Shown here piece by piece: positions 54,201 through 62,775 of a DNA stretch of 64,000 bases; the stretch's first letter is position 1; each line of letters starts with the position of its first letter. The DNA is from Flectonema sp. DT1601 (lineage: Eukaryota). The stretch spans positions 620,001 through 684,000 of the forward strand of contig OZ025783.1 of NCBI GenBank assembly GCA_964019425.1. The letters run 5' to 3'. A program made the position numbers and the translations under genes. The notes under the pieces are model-generated. The model ran no database searches. It saw nothing but the letters and a program-made list of their open reading frames with translations, and was not told the DNA's origin.

Positions 54201-55439
54201 ATAGAAAACTTCTATCCAGATATCAGTTTGGTTGTTTTGGGTACTGACGCTGATACAACTGTCATGCCGTACTCTTTGGAGGTAAATTATATTAAATTCT
54301 ATCAAATACCTGCAGCAACTACTCCTCCCACACCATCAACACGTGCACCAATCCCCCCTGGAGACACTGCAGTCCCCGTACCAATTGGACAGAGTGGTGT
54401 TGAAGTCGCTCTCGTTATCTCAAGTATTAGTAAACCACAGGCCTCCAGTGCTCTTCAGTCAATGGTAACAAAGTTAATGTCATCACAAGCGCTGAATCAG
54501 GCTAGGTGTATTCGAATCTGCTCAGTTGAACGAGCAAGTATTAACTCCGCCTGGAATGAAGTCGGTTGTTTTAAATGCGACGGAACTTCATTTTCAAGAG
54601 GTGTCACTCAACTAGTGACAACAGGTTATAGAGGTTACATCCAAGGTGCCACTGGTCTCGCAAAGAATGACTTGGACACTGCGGTTGTAACAGCAGGAAG
54701 GGAAGTTTCCACTACTACCGGAGGAACCTACGAGGATGCCCAAACATTTGTGGGTACTCCAGTTCCTCCGACCCCGCCACCACCTGCGGCTCCGACACTG
54801 GCTCCACCTCCGACACCAATTCCTGTTCAAGTTCATCAGAAGAAATTTAATGCCACCCTCGTACTGTCGGGTATATCTCAGTCGGGCTTTGTCGCAGCGG
54901 CAGCCGGCTTTGTTACAGAAGTTCAGACCCAACTAGCTGGTACCTCGACTGTTATTTGTAGAAAGTTGTGCGCATCGACTTTGGCAAATGGGAATTGGAG
55001 CGACGGAGTCTGTTACAAGTGTGATGGCAGCAAACTGGGAAGGAGTTTTGTACAACTTCAGAATGGAGCTTTTACTGGACACGCAGAAGGGGTTACTGAT
55101 AAAGACTCTAATTTCTTACAGCGAACTGTACAGAACGCTGCGTTGAAAACTGCATCAAATGCAGGTGCAGTTCTCGAGACGACTACTTCTGATCTTCAAG
55201 TTGATGTTATTGTGACTGCTGAACCAGCAGTCCTTATCAGAGCTGATAGTACTGAAGATCAATCAATCATCATAGCGAGTCTAGTTATCTGTGCTGGTCT
55301 TATATTGATATCAATTATTGGAGCAGTTATCTACACGAAATGTTGTAATAAGAAATCTGAGAAAACGGAAGAAGTTGAAGGTGAGGAAATGGAGGACGGA
55401 GGTGACGATGTTCTTTCTGTTGACGGCAAGGAAAACTAA
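48216..55439 (+). CDS. Giant type I membrane protein: (7 Cys-rich repeats + GH16 laminarinase-like domain) x3
   Basis: Signal peptide MRAAIGFILLVSCMDAVA. Three GH16 folds (L-x-W-(x)-E-D-x-F, SGR(I/V)xT, F/YGY(V/L)E, F(H/R)xY..W, WPF, V(D/N)x(V/I)KxY) at about 49540-50255, 51580-52310 and 53600-54305. C-terminal TM helix and acidic tail. Confidence 0.88.
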   Translation: MRAAIGFILLVSCMDAVAQLQLTVRCRSKATSEACEETGCSSTCETRIGDNVALGMDVDTAMTVVGRQFPRACGPCVIHDLCETKMDLHACPTAMNCGTCGSKILHELSNGNSDALAKVAGNEAVCSACGTPRGVTNVCYAVWNTQVCVGDSCKTCGDRITEEYTNGRKIATSMNIIGSQFSLCSDCSSLPRGVPSSCAPYWTMNANGLECGMRINRKITNSVTGDVAATMVAEQFPMECLGCATPTGVTAKCLSVWSTKLDSTCTSGCATCGSAITAAVNSGSTTAASMISVAATNSVCGQCAPPTGVSELCYSVFNNIVCEYGICNKCSDLLDNFVSDNLLIAEAMVRVATNAPAECGYCGVSSGCLAIWNNPSCGSGCTGSVQTCGQVVQNSLSQRLHSNVPEALTAAARQYSPCSACAFPVTPAPVAGTPKPSSFLDTFQLLWEDKFEATGLNPQRWAYDNGNGEDGEIQTYAQSAVTVSGRNLLITATGGITTTNTSGRITTRGLSEITYGYVEVRMKPPAAAVGASPRVWFASTDTNSMGVIDIFRNSGKRPQTVHNFVQTQANNGKNAIEFCTLSTGSLFNPRCFNDVSPAKLQDEFHTYAMEWSPFAIEFYIDDVHVGVYDRPTAPTPRNWPFTGKFYLNIALALGGEFADNFANPAALPYTMNVDYVKVYQKTALVGVEGPCLLVANKFACEVNTCKTCLEWVTLEIENDGLKPEEAMAVVAKKFTAVCGLCGVSNLCHTETFEKIACSGTTCSTQKCGELITTKLNSNDSNSFSAAQIIGKQYPTSCGECTVPSGVTAACYVLWNTRACDANNRCSTCGERVRMMSARTTLSIQSIMNVIGFEFSQCAACSSVTAGVPRLCPLAWAVDTCRLSSTSTCSSLRCSAVIGNLVSNGASITDAAMQAAATHPTSCQQCSSIEGITSTCLAVWNTNACGLFDICQTCGFRIAALVTSGSSPAAAMTVTGSDFTVCSPCNSPTGITEQCYSTFTRMACDVGILASDNVCMTCGVRIMKLLATKTAAEAMLQVSMQYPKDCGLCGIPNSCYEIWNTLTAVQQPLQPPPATCGKVISDKLSESIQADVAMSDISILYSACSECTPATPPTPVSTTILKTHKLVWEDTFSTQTLNPSSWTISTGSGINNELQTYSESSVSIVNNKLVLTASKNGNTIESGRVTTKGNIDFTFGYLEISAKMPPAVKGSVTSLKLESSVGSFPNDGEISIGDILGSISGVITSKIETQALNGNSATKKCLLTKTSDPDPNCNEEIKKPKTDLYTGFHKYAIQWTPAGITTYFDEHQVMRIPKPPGAPRNVWPFGKDFSIALSLAVGGTVGGASGVDETKFPYTLEVDSIKLYRQPPPQGVVEPCISAFYNSRCRGNVCTTCGELIEREIKEEKRSAIDAMWIVGTRNPTVCGKCTINPKCYEIRATEACSSGVCKTCESRINVELQSSNGNAAKKVGVAFPTECGSCTIQPQCHAIWFHKVCTDEDGCISCGDRINTLVQTTSSTLTAAMNTIGYRYPDVCGSCSVVTRGVPTTCAPFWEFNACDSSGICKTCGQRINEAAMPSTTKSDISMGVATDFPVCRGCSTIPGVPSNCLGVWDTIACAGSICETCGTRIQNIVTANSYSTAEAMISIASLFPTSCGPCGPPAGVTEWCYEHWNAATCNPTTKVCNTCGSLITNEITVGKAAAEAMLSVANSQPKSCTLCGVSANCYRIWRSPSCITNCPAVSSTCGELIINLIQDGVFTLVREAATAVARQYPSCSACGDTTPVPSPTSGIPTTVGSDYHLVWVEDFNQPAIDTSVWQYSLGAGGTNEVQSFTQEAVSVRDGVLVITAEQTQGGITSGRIHTKGTKDFKYGYLEISAKLPATAKGARVSLSMLPTEEKYGAWPDSGSINVVRQNGDEAGTIYSALNSQAENRNNERLSCGLTLTSVFNPKCHSTVLNDVTTFRVYSMLWTETLVEIYIDGVTIASFPRVTQTTASWPFIENFYPDISLVVLGTDADTTVMPYSLEVNYIKFYQIPAATTPPTPSTRAPIPPGDTAVPVPIGQSGVEVALVISSISKPQASSALQSMVTKLMSSQALNQARCIRICSVERASINSAWNEVGCFKCDGTSFSRGVTQLVTTGYRGYIQGATGLAKNDLDTAVVTAGREVSTTTGGTYEDAQTFVGTPVPPTPPPPAAPTLAPPPTPIPVQVHQKKFNATLVLSGISQSGFVAAAAGFVTEVQTQLAGTSTVICRKLCASTLANGNWSDGVCYKCDGSKLGRSFVQLQNGAFTGHAEGVTDKDSNFLQRTVQNAALKTASNAGAVLETTTSDLQVDVIVTAEPAVLIRADSTEDQSIIIASLVICAGLILISIIGAVIYTKCCNKKSEKTEEVEGEEMEDGGDDVLSVDGKEN

Positions 55440-55799
55440 AATTTTCTGACTTTATCTACCTCTCCACTCCGACTGGGACCATATCCCTTTGTACAACACA
55501 ATATACGATACCTGTTCTATTAATGAATATCGTTATCGAATCCTTCTAATTACATCACAAAGCCTGTTTGGATGTTAATATACAACTATTCTGTTCTTCT
55601 TTATAATACATGCGTCGTCTACAGATAGTCTGCATCCCTTTTTTCCCTGATCAATACACGACAATGCAGGTGTTCTGTCTCTTCCAATTGTATTCTATTT
55701 TATGTTTTTTTTTTTTCCCCCTGTCACCCTGGAGATTTTAAATCTTGTTATAGACATAGTATCGAAGGAATACATGCATGTCATACACAGTTACTTTTG

Positions 55800-55832
<33 letters not shown>

Positions 55833-56455
55833 CCGTACCCTTCCCTCATAATTACGGTTCCTGTATTAAACGCCGCGATCAACAAATAATGACATTAATC
55901 GTTTCATCCGAATTTCAATTTTTTTTTTTTTTTTTTTCACTTTTCCCCCCATGATTTGATTTCGCTCGTCATAGCAGTTTTGTTTTGTTGTGTAGCCATC
56001 AATAGTTTTCAACTTAGCTAAAGGCTATGGTTATATGGTTGACACGTTCATTTTTCATTCTCTTTTTTTGGGTATTTGTTAAGTTTTGTTGACCTGACTG
56101 CAGTGGCGTAAATAAATAAAATCGTTTTTTTTCTTCTTCTCTTTTTTTCTTCTTGTTGGTATAGTACCCCCAATTTCCCTTACCCCTCCCGCTCTATATT
56201 ATTAATTTCAGTATTAAGTTTATCTCTCGGGGGAAAACAAAAAAAAACGGAAAAAAAAAAAGAGAATTTTTCTTTTTTGTGTTTTTTTCCCGTTAAGACC
56301 TGTCTAATAGCCGCCCCATGTCGATACTATTCGAAAGTGTTGATAATTTTACTTCAATGGCTATATTTGTTCTTTTTCACAATGTTTGTTAATATTTTTG
56401 ACGGTGTTTTTAAAAGAATAAAAAAAAAACATATCTCATTCTGCACAGCTCAAAT

Positions 56456-56891
56456 ATGAAAAATTCTATTAAAGTACGACACTGCAATCAACTAGACAGA
56501 TGCTTTCCTTGGTTTTGACTTTTTTACTATTATTCATCACTCAGTATCTACACAGACGGTTACTGATGTCGTAGGGTTCGAGTTCTTAGAGATAACTTCA
56601 TGGTATGACTTTATTAGGTTGTTGAATCGGTTTTGTCTGATGAGTTTAGAATACTGAGATGAAAAATTAAAACAACAGGGCAACACATTGTGGTCTACGT
56701 ACCACCTAACAAATACTAACGGTGATTGCGTTGAGTTTTGGGGACTTCCACCTGGTAAAGACTTCCCTCGAGTGCAGAAGGATGTTCCCAATATGAAGAG
56801 AGGAAGCTGCAGAGGAACAGAAATGTATCGAATATATAGACCTCATAGCATGACAGAGAAGGATATGTTTTACGCATCCAAAGGGAAATAA
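56456..56891 (+). CDS. Possible small spliced protein (MKNSIK joined to GNTLWSTYH...ASKGK); exon structure uncertain
   Basis: GCACAG 7 nt before the ATG; phase-0 GTACGA donor at 56474; AACAG acceptor at 56678 in frame with the 56688 ORF. Confidence 0.4.
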
Positions 56892-57158
56892 CGGAACTGG
56901 AAAGCAACGAGAATATTGCAATACATCTGAGAGCATGCCTGTGTGCATAAAGTTATACTTATTTTAACTCCTTAGACAGTTACACGTTACGAGTGGTTAC
57001 TTCTGTTTTGTGTATTGAGATTGTGGATTACTTAACTAACTTCAACAGGTAAGAATGTCCAATGTGATTAGTTAGCGGCCATGCAGAGCCTTGTTTTGTA
57101 TGTGGGTGTTATTTACTATTTATTTGTAATACGAAATCAATTATCAGAATCCAGCAAT

Positions 57159-57380
57159 ATGGAAGCCCAGGTAGGCCTCGCCTCAATGGCAGCTTTCGCA
57201 GCGAATGAGAGCGCAGCACAGAGAGAAGCTAACTCCAATAGGGTTCCAGAATTGTTGCTACCGAAGGGAAAGGTTGGGAAGCTGATTATTCGAAAGTGTG
57301 ACACTGCAGCAGAGTGTGCGTGGAGACATCAGCAAAAACAACTTCTGAAGGATCTTAATTTGAAGTACAAATATAGTTGA
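57159..57380 (+). CDS. Small hypothetical protein, 73 aa
   Basis: ATG just after TCAG/CCAG acceptors; coding-like composition. Confidence 0.5.
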   Translation: MEAQVGLASMAAFAANESAAQREANSNRVPELLLPKGKVGKLIIRKCDTAAECAWRHQQKQLLKDLNLKYKYS

Positions 57381-57390
57381 TATCCGAACA

Positions 57391-58474
57391 CTTCAGATAA
57401 AGAATACGTACCACTACTGCTATCTCTTTAGATCATGTCCAGCCCTTCAGATAAAGAGTACGTACCACTACTGCTATCTCTTTAGATCATGTCCAGCCCT
57501 TCAGATAAAGAGTACGTACCACTACTGCTATCTCTTTAGATCATGTCCAGCCCTTCAGATAAAGAGTACGTACCACTACTGCTATCTCTTTAGATCATGT
57601 CCAGCCCTTCAGATAAAGAATACGTACCACTACTGCTATCTCTTTAGATCATGTCCAGCCCTTCAGATAAAGAGTACGTACCACTACTGCTATCTCTTTA
57701 GATCATGTCCAGCCCTTCAGATAAAGAGTACGTACCACTACTGCTATCTCTTTAGATCATGTCCAGCCCTTCAGATAAAGAATACGTACCACTACTGCTA
57801 TCTCTTTAGATCATGTCCAGCCCTTCAGATAAAGAGTACGTACCACTACTGCTATCTCTTTAGATCATGTCCAGCCCTTCAGATAAAGAGTACGTACCAC
57901 TACTGCTATCTCTTTAGATCATGTCCAGCCCTTCAGATAAAGAGTACGTACCACTACTGCTATCTCTTTAGATCATGTCCAGCCCTTCAGATAAAGAGTA
58001 CGTACCACTACTGCTATCTCTTTAGATCATGTCCAGCCCTTCAGATAAAGAGTACGTACCACTACTGCTATCTCTTTAGATCATGTCCAGCCCTTCAGAT
58101 AAAGAATACGTACCACTACTGCTATCTCTTTAGATCATGTCCAGCCCTTCAGATAAAGAGTACGTACCACTACTGCTATCTCTTTAGATCATGTCCAGCC
58201 CTTCAGATAAAGAGTACGTACCACTACTGCTATCTCTTTAGATCATGTCCAGCCCTTCAGATAAAGAATACGTACCACTACTGCTATCTCTTTAGATCAT
58301 GTCCAGCCCTTCAGATAAAGAGTACGTACCACTACTGCTATCTCTTTAGATCATGTCCAGCCCTTCAGATAAAGAGTACGTACCACTACTGCTATCTCTT
58401 TAGATCATGTCCAGCCCTTCAGATAAAGAATACGTACCACTACTGCTATCTCTTTAGATCATGTCCAGCCCTTC
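57391..58474. repeat. Minisatellite: 20 tandem copies of a 54-bp unit CTTCAGATAAAGA(A/G)TACGTACCACTACTGCTATCTCTTTAGATCATGTCCAGCC
   Basis: Units start at 57391+54n up to 58417, followed by a CTTC remnant; one polymorphic site. Confidence 0.98.
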
Positions 58475-58732
58475 GGATTCAACTATCGTGATAATGCTGA
58501 TAAAACTGCAACTTTCTTATGAGATTCGTATCGTCCGCAAACACTTATTACACTTAATTGGTATTCCATTTTACATCGTTGTATCTATTCATTACTTTAT
58601 GAATAATTTCGTATTCTGGTTTTTATTTCGTACAGGAATTCTATATATGAGAAGGGCTAAAGTTTCATATTTTTATAGCAGTTTTTACTATAATTTATTT
58701 ATTCAGGGAGAAAAGTTGTTTTATCAAATATT

Positions 58733-59554
58733 ATGTCAACCACTCTGAAAGCGATATCCATTCAGTCTCCTCTGGTTGCAGATCATTGCAAACTTATATT
58801 TGACTATTTAAGTGAGATCACTGGAATACAATGTGATTTTAACGATGACAACACGTGGCAGGAAAGAGCAGCTCAGCTTGATAGCGGAGAGGCTCAAATT
58901 GGATGGGTGTGTGGTCCTGTCTATTGTGGAAAATCTTCAGGAAAATTTGAAATACTTGGGAGTCCTGTTCACAAAGCAGAAAGATATAACAATAAGCCTG
59001 TATACTACTCGGATGTTGTTGTACGTGTTAACTCTCCTTGTGACTCGTTTGTTGATCTGAAAGGCTCTTCATTCGGATTTAATGAACCAATATCCCAGTC
59101 TGGCCACGGCTGTGTAAAATATAAAATCTCTACTTTAGATAAAGAACATTGGAATGGGTTCTTCTCAAAGGTTACCCAGACAGGCGCACACCTAACATCA
59201 TTAGATATGATTATAAAAGGTGAGATAGACTGCGCTGCGATTGACACAACTATGTTAGATGGCCTGCTGCTCAGTGATCCTTCTCTGCTTACTAAGATTA
59301 AAATAATCGATACTCTAGGACCAAGTCCTATTCCGCCATGGATTATATCCACATCTGTACCAGCTACTGTACGAGAGACGTTACGTAATGCATTTGTCAC
59401 GATGCATGAGACAAGACGTGGTCGTGAAATATTGAATTCTGGTGGCCTATCGAGAATGGCTCTCGCAGATGACGATTCCTATAATTTGATAAGAAAATTT
59501 CAAAAAGATTCTCAATGTACATCGTGGGGAGTTGATGTTGTTAAATTAAACTGA
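58733..59554 (+). CDS. PhnD-like phosphate/phosphonate ABC-type substrate-binding protein
   Basis: GWVCG, PVYYSDVVVR, DLKG..FGFNEPISQSGH, TGAHLTSL..GEIDCAAID, LGPSPIPPW: PhnD/SsuA family pattern. Confidence 0.8.
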   Translation: MSTTLKAISIQSPLVADHCKLIFDYLSEITGIQCDFNDDNTWQERAAQLDSGEAQIGWVCGPVYCGKSSGKFEILGSPVHKAERYNNKPVYYSDVVVRVNSPCDSFVDLKGSSFGFNEPISQSGHGCVKYKISTLDKEHWNGFFSKVTQTGAHLTSLDMIIKGEIDCAAIDTTMLDGLLLSDPSLLTKIKIIDTLGPSPIPPWIISTSVPATVRETLRNAFVTMHETRRGREILNSGGLSRMALADDDSYNLIRKFQKDSQCTSWGVDVVKLN

Positions 59555-59782
59555 ACTGATATAATTATAAGACTGTATCCTCAACAAATACGAATCGCAC
59601 GATTCTTATACTTTTCTAACCACCAACGTATTCTTTCTCTCTTTCTTCAACAGAATAATCGCGTGTTTGCTATTGTGTACAACGTTGTGTACAACATCAC
59701 CCTGTTGGTGGTATCAGAAGTTTTATTTTGTTTATGTCACCAGTAGAGAGACACTCCTTACTTTTTATTCAGCACATCAAAG

Positions 59783-61102
59783 ATGACGAAGAAAGGATTG
59801 ATGTGCACTGTGTGTGGTGATATTCGAAGTAGCGACATGTGTTGTGTGATGCACATCATGGAATCAGACGACGTCAGAGAATCAAGAAGGAAACGAATAA
59901 TTGCATCAGAAATATTTCTAGCCATGGGAGGTAAAGGACTTCGTATGGTGTATTACAACAGGTGGCTTCGGTTTGCAAGGGAAAGTAAAAACTCTGCTCA
60001 GCTAAAACGATTTCGTAATGAAGTTTATATTCGGAGAGCTCAACGACTCGAACTGGAATTAGAACGAGCGATTCTAATTGCGGACTTGCAAGACGCGAAG
60101 AGTGAAAGTACGAAAGTAATTGAAACAAATGAAACTTTGATCATAAAAAACGATTCATTAGTAAAATCATTACAAGAAGCTTCCGCAATAGTCACCCGAC
60201 TGCAGTCTGAATTGGAATCGCAATCGGCATCCGTCAAGCAACTCCAAACCCAACAACTCGCAACAACATCTCGCAACGCTACTTCAATAGCACGACGTGT
60301 GCTGTCAATAATTATATCTAACTCTGATAAGGAAGTCTCGTGTCGTTATTTCAACACGTTGCGAAGGTTCGCATTTCAACAAACTCTCCGAAAACAACTT
60401 ACCGACCACTACAATAGTCGTCTCGTGCATAAGGATTCTCAGCTTCAGTTTCTATCCCAGGACACGACTGATGCAAAGAAAGCTGCGTCTATGGCACAAA
60501 AAGAAGTTCATTTAGCGCGAGACAGACTTAACGACAAGCAGCGGGAGTGCAATTCTCTGCAACGAACCATGTCATCGAGCAAACAACAGTTGGAAACATT
60601 GAAGAAGGAGTTAAGTAATACTGTGAAGGAACAGCAACGACTTACTTCACAAAGAAAGTTATTATCTTCGACATATCTGAGTGGCGTATCTTTAGCTCTG
60701 CTGCGTCGTACGTCCTCAGCGATCCGTCAGCGTGCGTACACTAAACTTAGAACACATACTCGAGAAAGTTTATTAACTCGAGTAAAGGATCTTTGTAAAT
60801 CACAGAATGCTCGACTTCGTGCACTAGATATTAATTCTAATAATAATTCTTCGAAAATGCGATTCGGCGGTGAGCCGCTTGCTGCACGACGGCCTTCACT
60901 TGTTGCCTTCTCATCGCTTCCCCGCTCCGCACCAATTACTCCACTCTCTGTGAGTGGTTCTGGTCTGAGCTCGTTCTCAACACTTCGGAAACCGTCACTT
61001 GGGATTCGAACATTTACTATTCCACAGCAATCCTGTCAAAGTTACGATAGTCTTCAGGATCAAATTACTGTTGGAGAGTCGATGGCTGAAGTTGAACTTT
61101 AA
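59783..61102 (+). CDS. Coiled-coil protein with N-terminal CxxC
   Basis: Long heptad-rich helix; ATG 10 nt after TTCAG. Confidence 0.7.
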   Translation: MTKKGLMCTVCGDIRSSDMCCVMHIMESDDVRESRRKRIIASEIFLAMGGKGLRMVYYNRWLRFARESKNSAQLKRFRNEVYIRRAQRLELELERAILIADLQDAKSESTKVIETNETLIIKNDSLVKSLQEASAIVTRLQSELESQSASVKQLQTQQLATTSRNATSIARRVLSIIISNSDKEVSCRYFNTLRRFAFQQTLRKQLTDHYNSRLVHKDSQLQFLSQDTTDAKKAASMAQKEVHLARDRLNDKQRECNSLQRTMSSSKQQLETLKKELSNTVKEQQRLTSQRKLLSSTYLSGVSLALLRRTSSAIRQRAYTKLRTHTRESLLTRVKDLCKSQNARLRALDINSNNNSSKMRFGGEPLAARRPSLVAFSSLPRSAPITPLSVSGSGLSSFSTLRKPSLGIRTFTIPQQSCQSYDSLQDQITVGESMAEVEL

Positions 61103-61978
61103 CCTGCCTGTCCTTCGTTAGTAAAGTTCGTGAAGAACTTCTTCAGGTTTATATTACAATTCTTATCCTTATTTTCATTTATTGTTGCAAAACTCCTTTC
61201 ATAGTTCCAGCATTGAGAACTTTGGAGTGCCCTCAGCCACTACTCGACTCCATTATCACTACTGAGAGTGATGAACTTCACCAGCCTCAGTAGTGATACT
61301 GGTTTCCACATTGTTAATATACTTTGTGCTGTGACACTTTGTCTAGTAATTGTTTTTATGTTTCTTCCCACTACACTAATTGTGTTTGACTTTTTTTTGT
61401 TTATTTCTTCTTAAGTCTACACTCCTATGTCATATGTAACTCGTGATGGTTCTCAGTGTCGTAGTTTCGGTTCATTGTGACAAGACACGTTAAGCGTTAG
61501 TCATGAGACCATTTTAACTCTCTCTTAATATTTTGCGTTTTCTTGTGACTTTTGTTTTTTTTAGATTGCCGTAACGCATTCCATTCTATCTCCATCTCTC
61601 TAGCCCAGGTTTTTCTTAGACTGATACTCCAATGCGCGAAACTTCCCTTTGAAGATAATAATCTTCTTATGGCTGAATGTCTGCTTTACATAGTCTTCAT
61701 CTTGTACTTGGTCTCACTGCTTATACACTGTGTGATCTTAATGAGATGAATGAAAAAAAAAGAGTAGTCACCTTTATTAACTACTGTAGAATTGTCTAGC
61801 AATGCGCCATCACGATTTCTTTTTTGTTGTGTTTCGATTTGTTTGATAAGTTTCTTTGTAACAATTACTCAGGTAGTTGTGATGGTTTAATAATTTCTGA
61901 TTCAAAGCAAACCATCGATAGTGCTGATTAACTAAATATCTGATGAGATAATATTATGTTTTCTCAGTACAATAAAAG

Positions 61979-62488
61979 ATGGTTTTGACTGGAATGGTGA
62001 GTCACCACCATCAACATCATCACCACAACCACCGTCATGAAAATGGTGTGGGGAATGGATCGGTGTCGCGGTATGGAAAAATGAGTCAGCCGACTGAAAT
62101 GAATAGCGGAAATCATCATCACCATCATCATACCCACCGTCACCATCACCATCACAATAGCCATCATAAGAAGCATACTAAATCAGATAGTCGTAAACAA
62201 CTTAGTGATGATTCCCAACAGGGATCAGGTCAGGGATCAGGTCCTGTACCGCCATCAATATTTGCTGATATGATACCTGACGATAGTCCTTATAAAGGAC
62301 TCGATCCTATTTACATGCAAGATGATCCATACAAAATCGGTACTCTCGAAAACGATTATCAAACACCCGATCTGCTTAAAGAAGCTCCGAGTCCGATATT
62401 TCATCCGATAGAGTTCCTTCACACACCACTAGGTCCTTATGCAGCATCTGTTGTACTTGGGTCAGCAGTTATGGCTGTTGGCGTATAA
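61979..62488 (+). CDS. His-rich protein with C-terminal hydrophobic tail
   Basis: Two poly-His tracts; ends YAASVVLGSAVMAVGV; ATG 11 nt after CTCAG. Confidence 0.65.
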   Translation: MVLTGMVSHHHQHHHHNHRHENGVGNGSVSRYGKMSQPTEMNSGNHHHHHHTHRHHHHHNSHHKKHTKSDSRKQLSDDSQQGSGQGSGPVPPSIFADMIPDDSPYKGLDPIYMQDDPYKIGTLENDYQTPDLLKEAPSPIFHPIEFLHTPLGPYAASVVLGSAVMAVGV

Positions 62489-62775
62489 AAGTGAACATTC
62501 ACAGAGTGCCTCACAACGTGTTTATGTTAGAACCTCGTCAATTGAAAAATCCCTCAAAAAGTCCTCAGTTACCGAGGTTGTGTTTAGTTATTTGTTACAC
62601 CGCCATTAGTTTATCGAGATAATAGAGAAGTGACTGCTGAATTCATAGTTATTTATTATTAGTTACTTAATAGGAACCGTATGACTTGTCAGAGATGTGT
62701 GATGTGTTATAGAAACTCTGATAATAATACCTTAACACTTCATTAACACTTCTTCATTTAGAAGCAGCCATCAAT

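Noticed and set aside
56570..56590. tRNA T-loop-like GGTTCGAGT
   Set aside because: No acceptor, D or anticodon arms could be built.
57391..58474. CRISPR array
   Set aside because: Units are contiguous and identical with no unique spacers; no cas genes; eukaryotic context.
57364..58491. Open frame through the 54-bp array (LQIK(S/N)TYHYCYLFRSCPA)n
   Set aside because: No ATG; one stop-free frame of six is unsurprising for an 18-codon unit; no synonymous variation to support coding.
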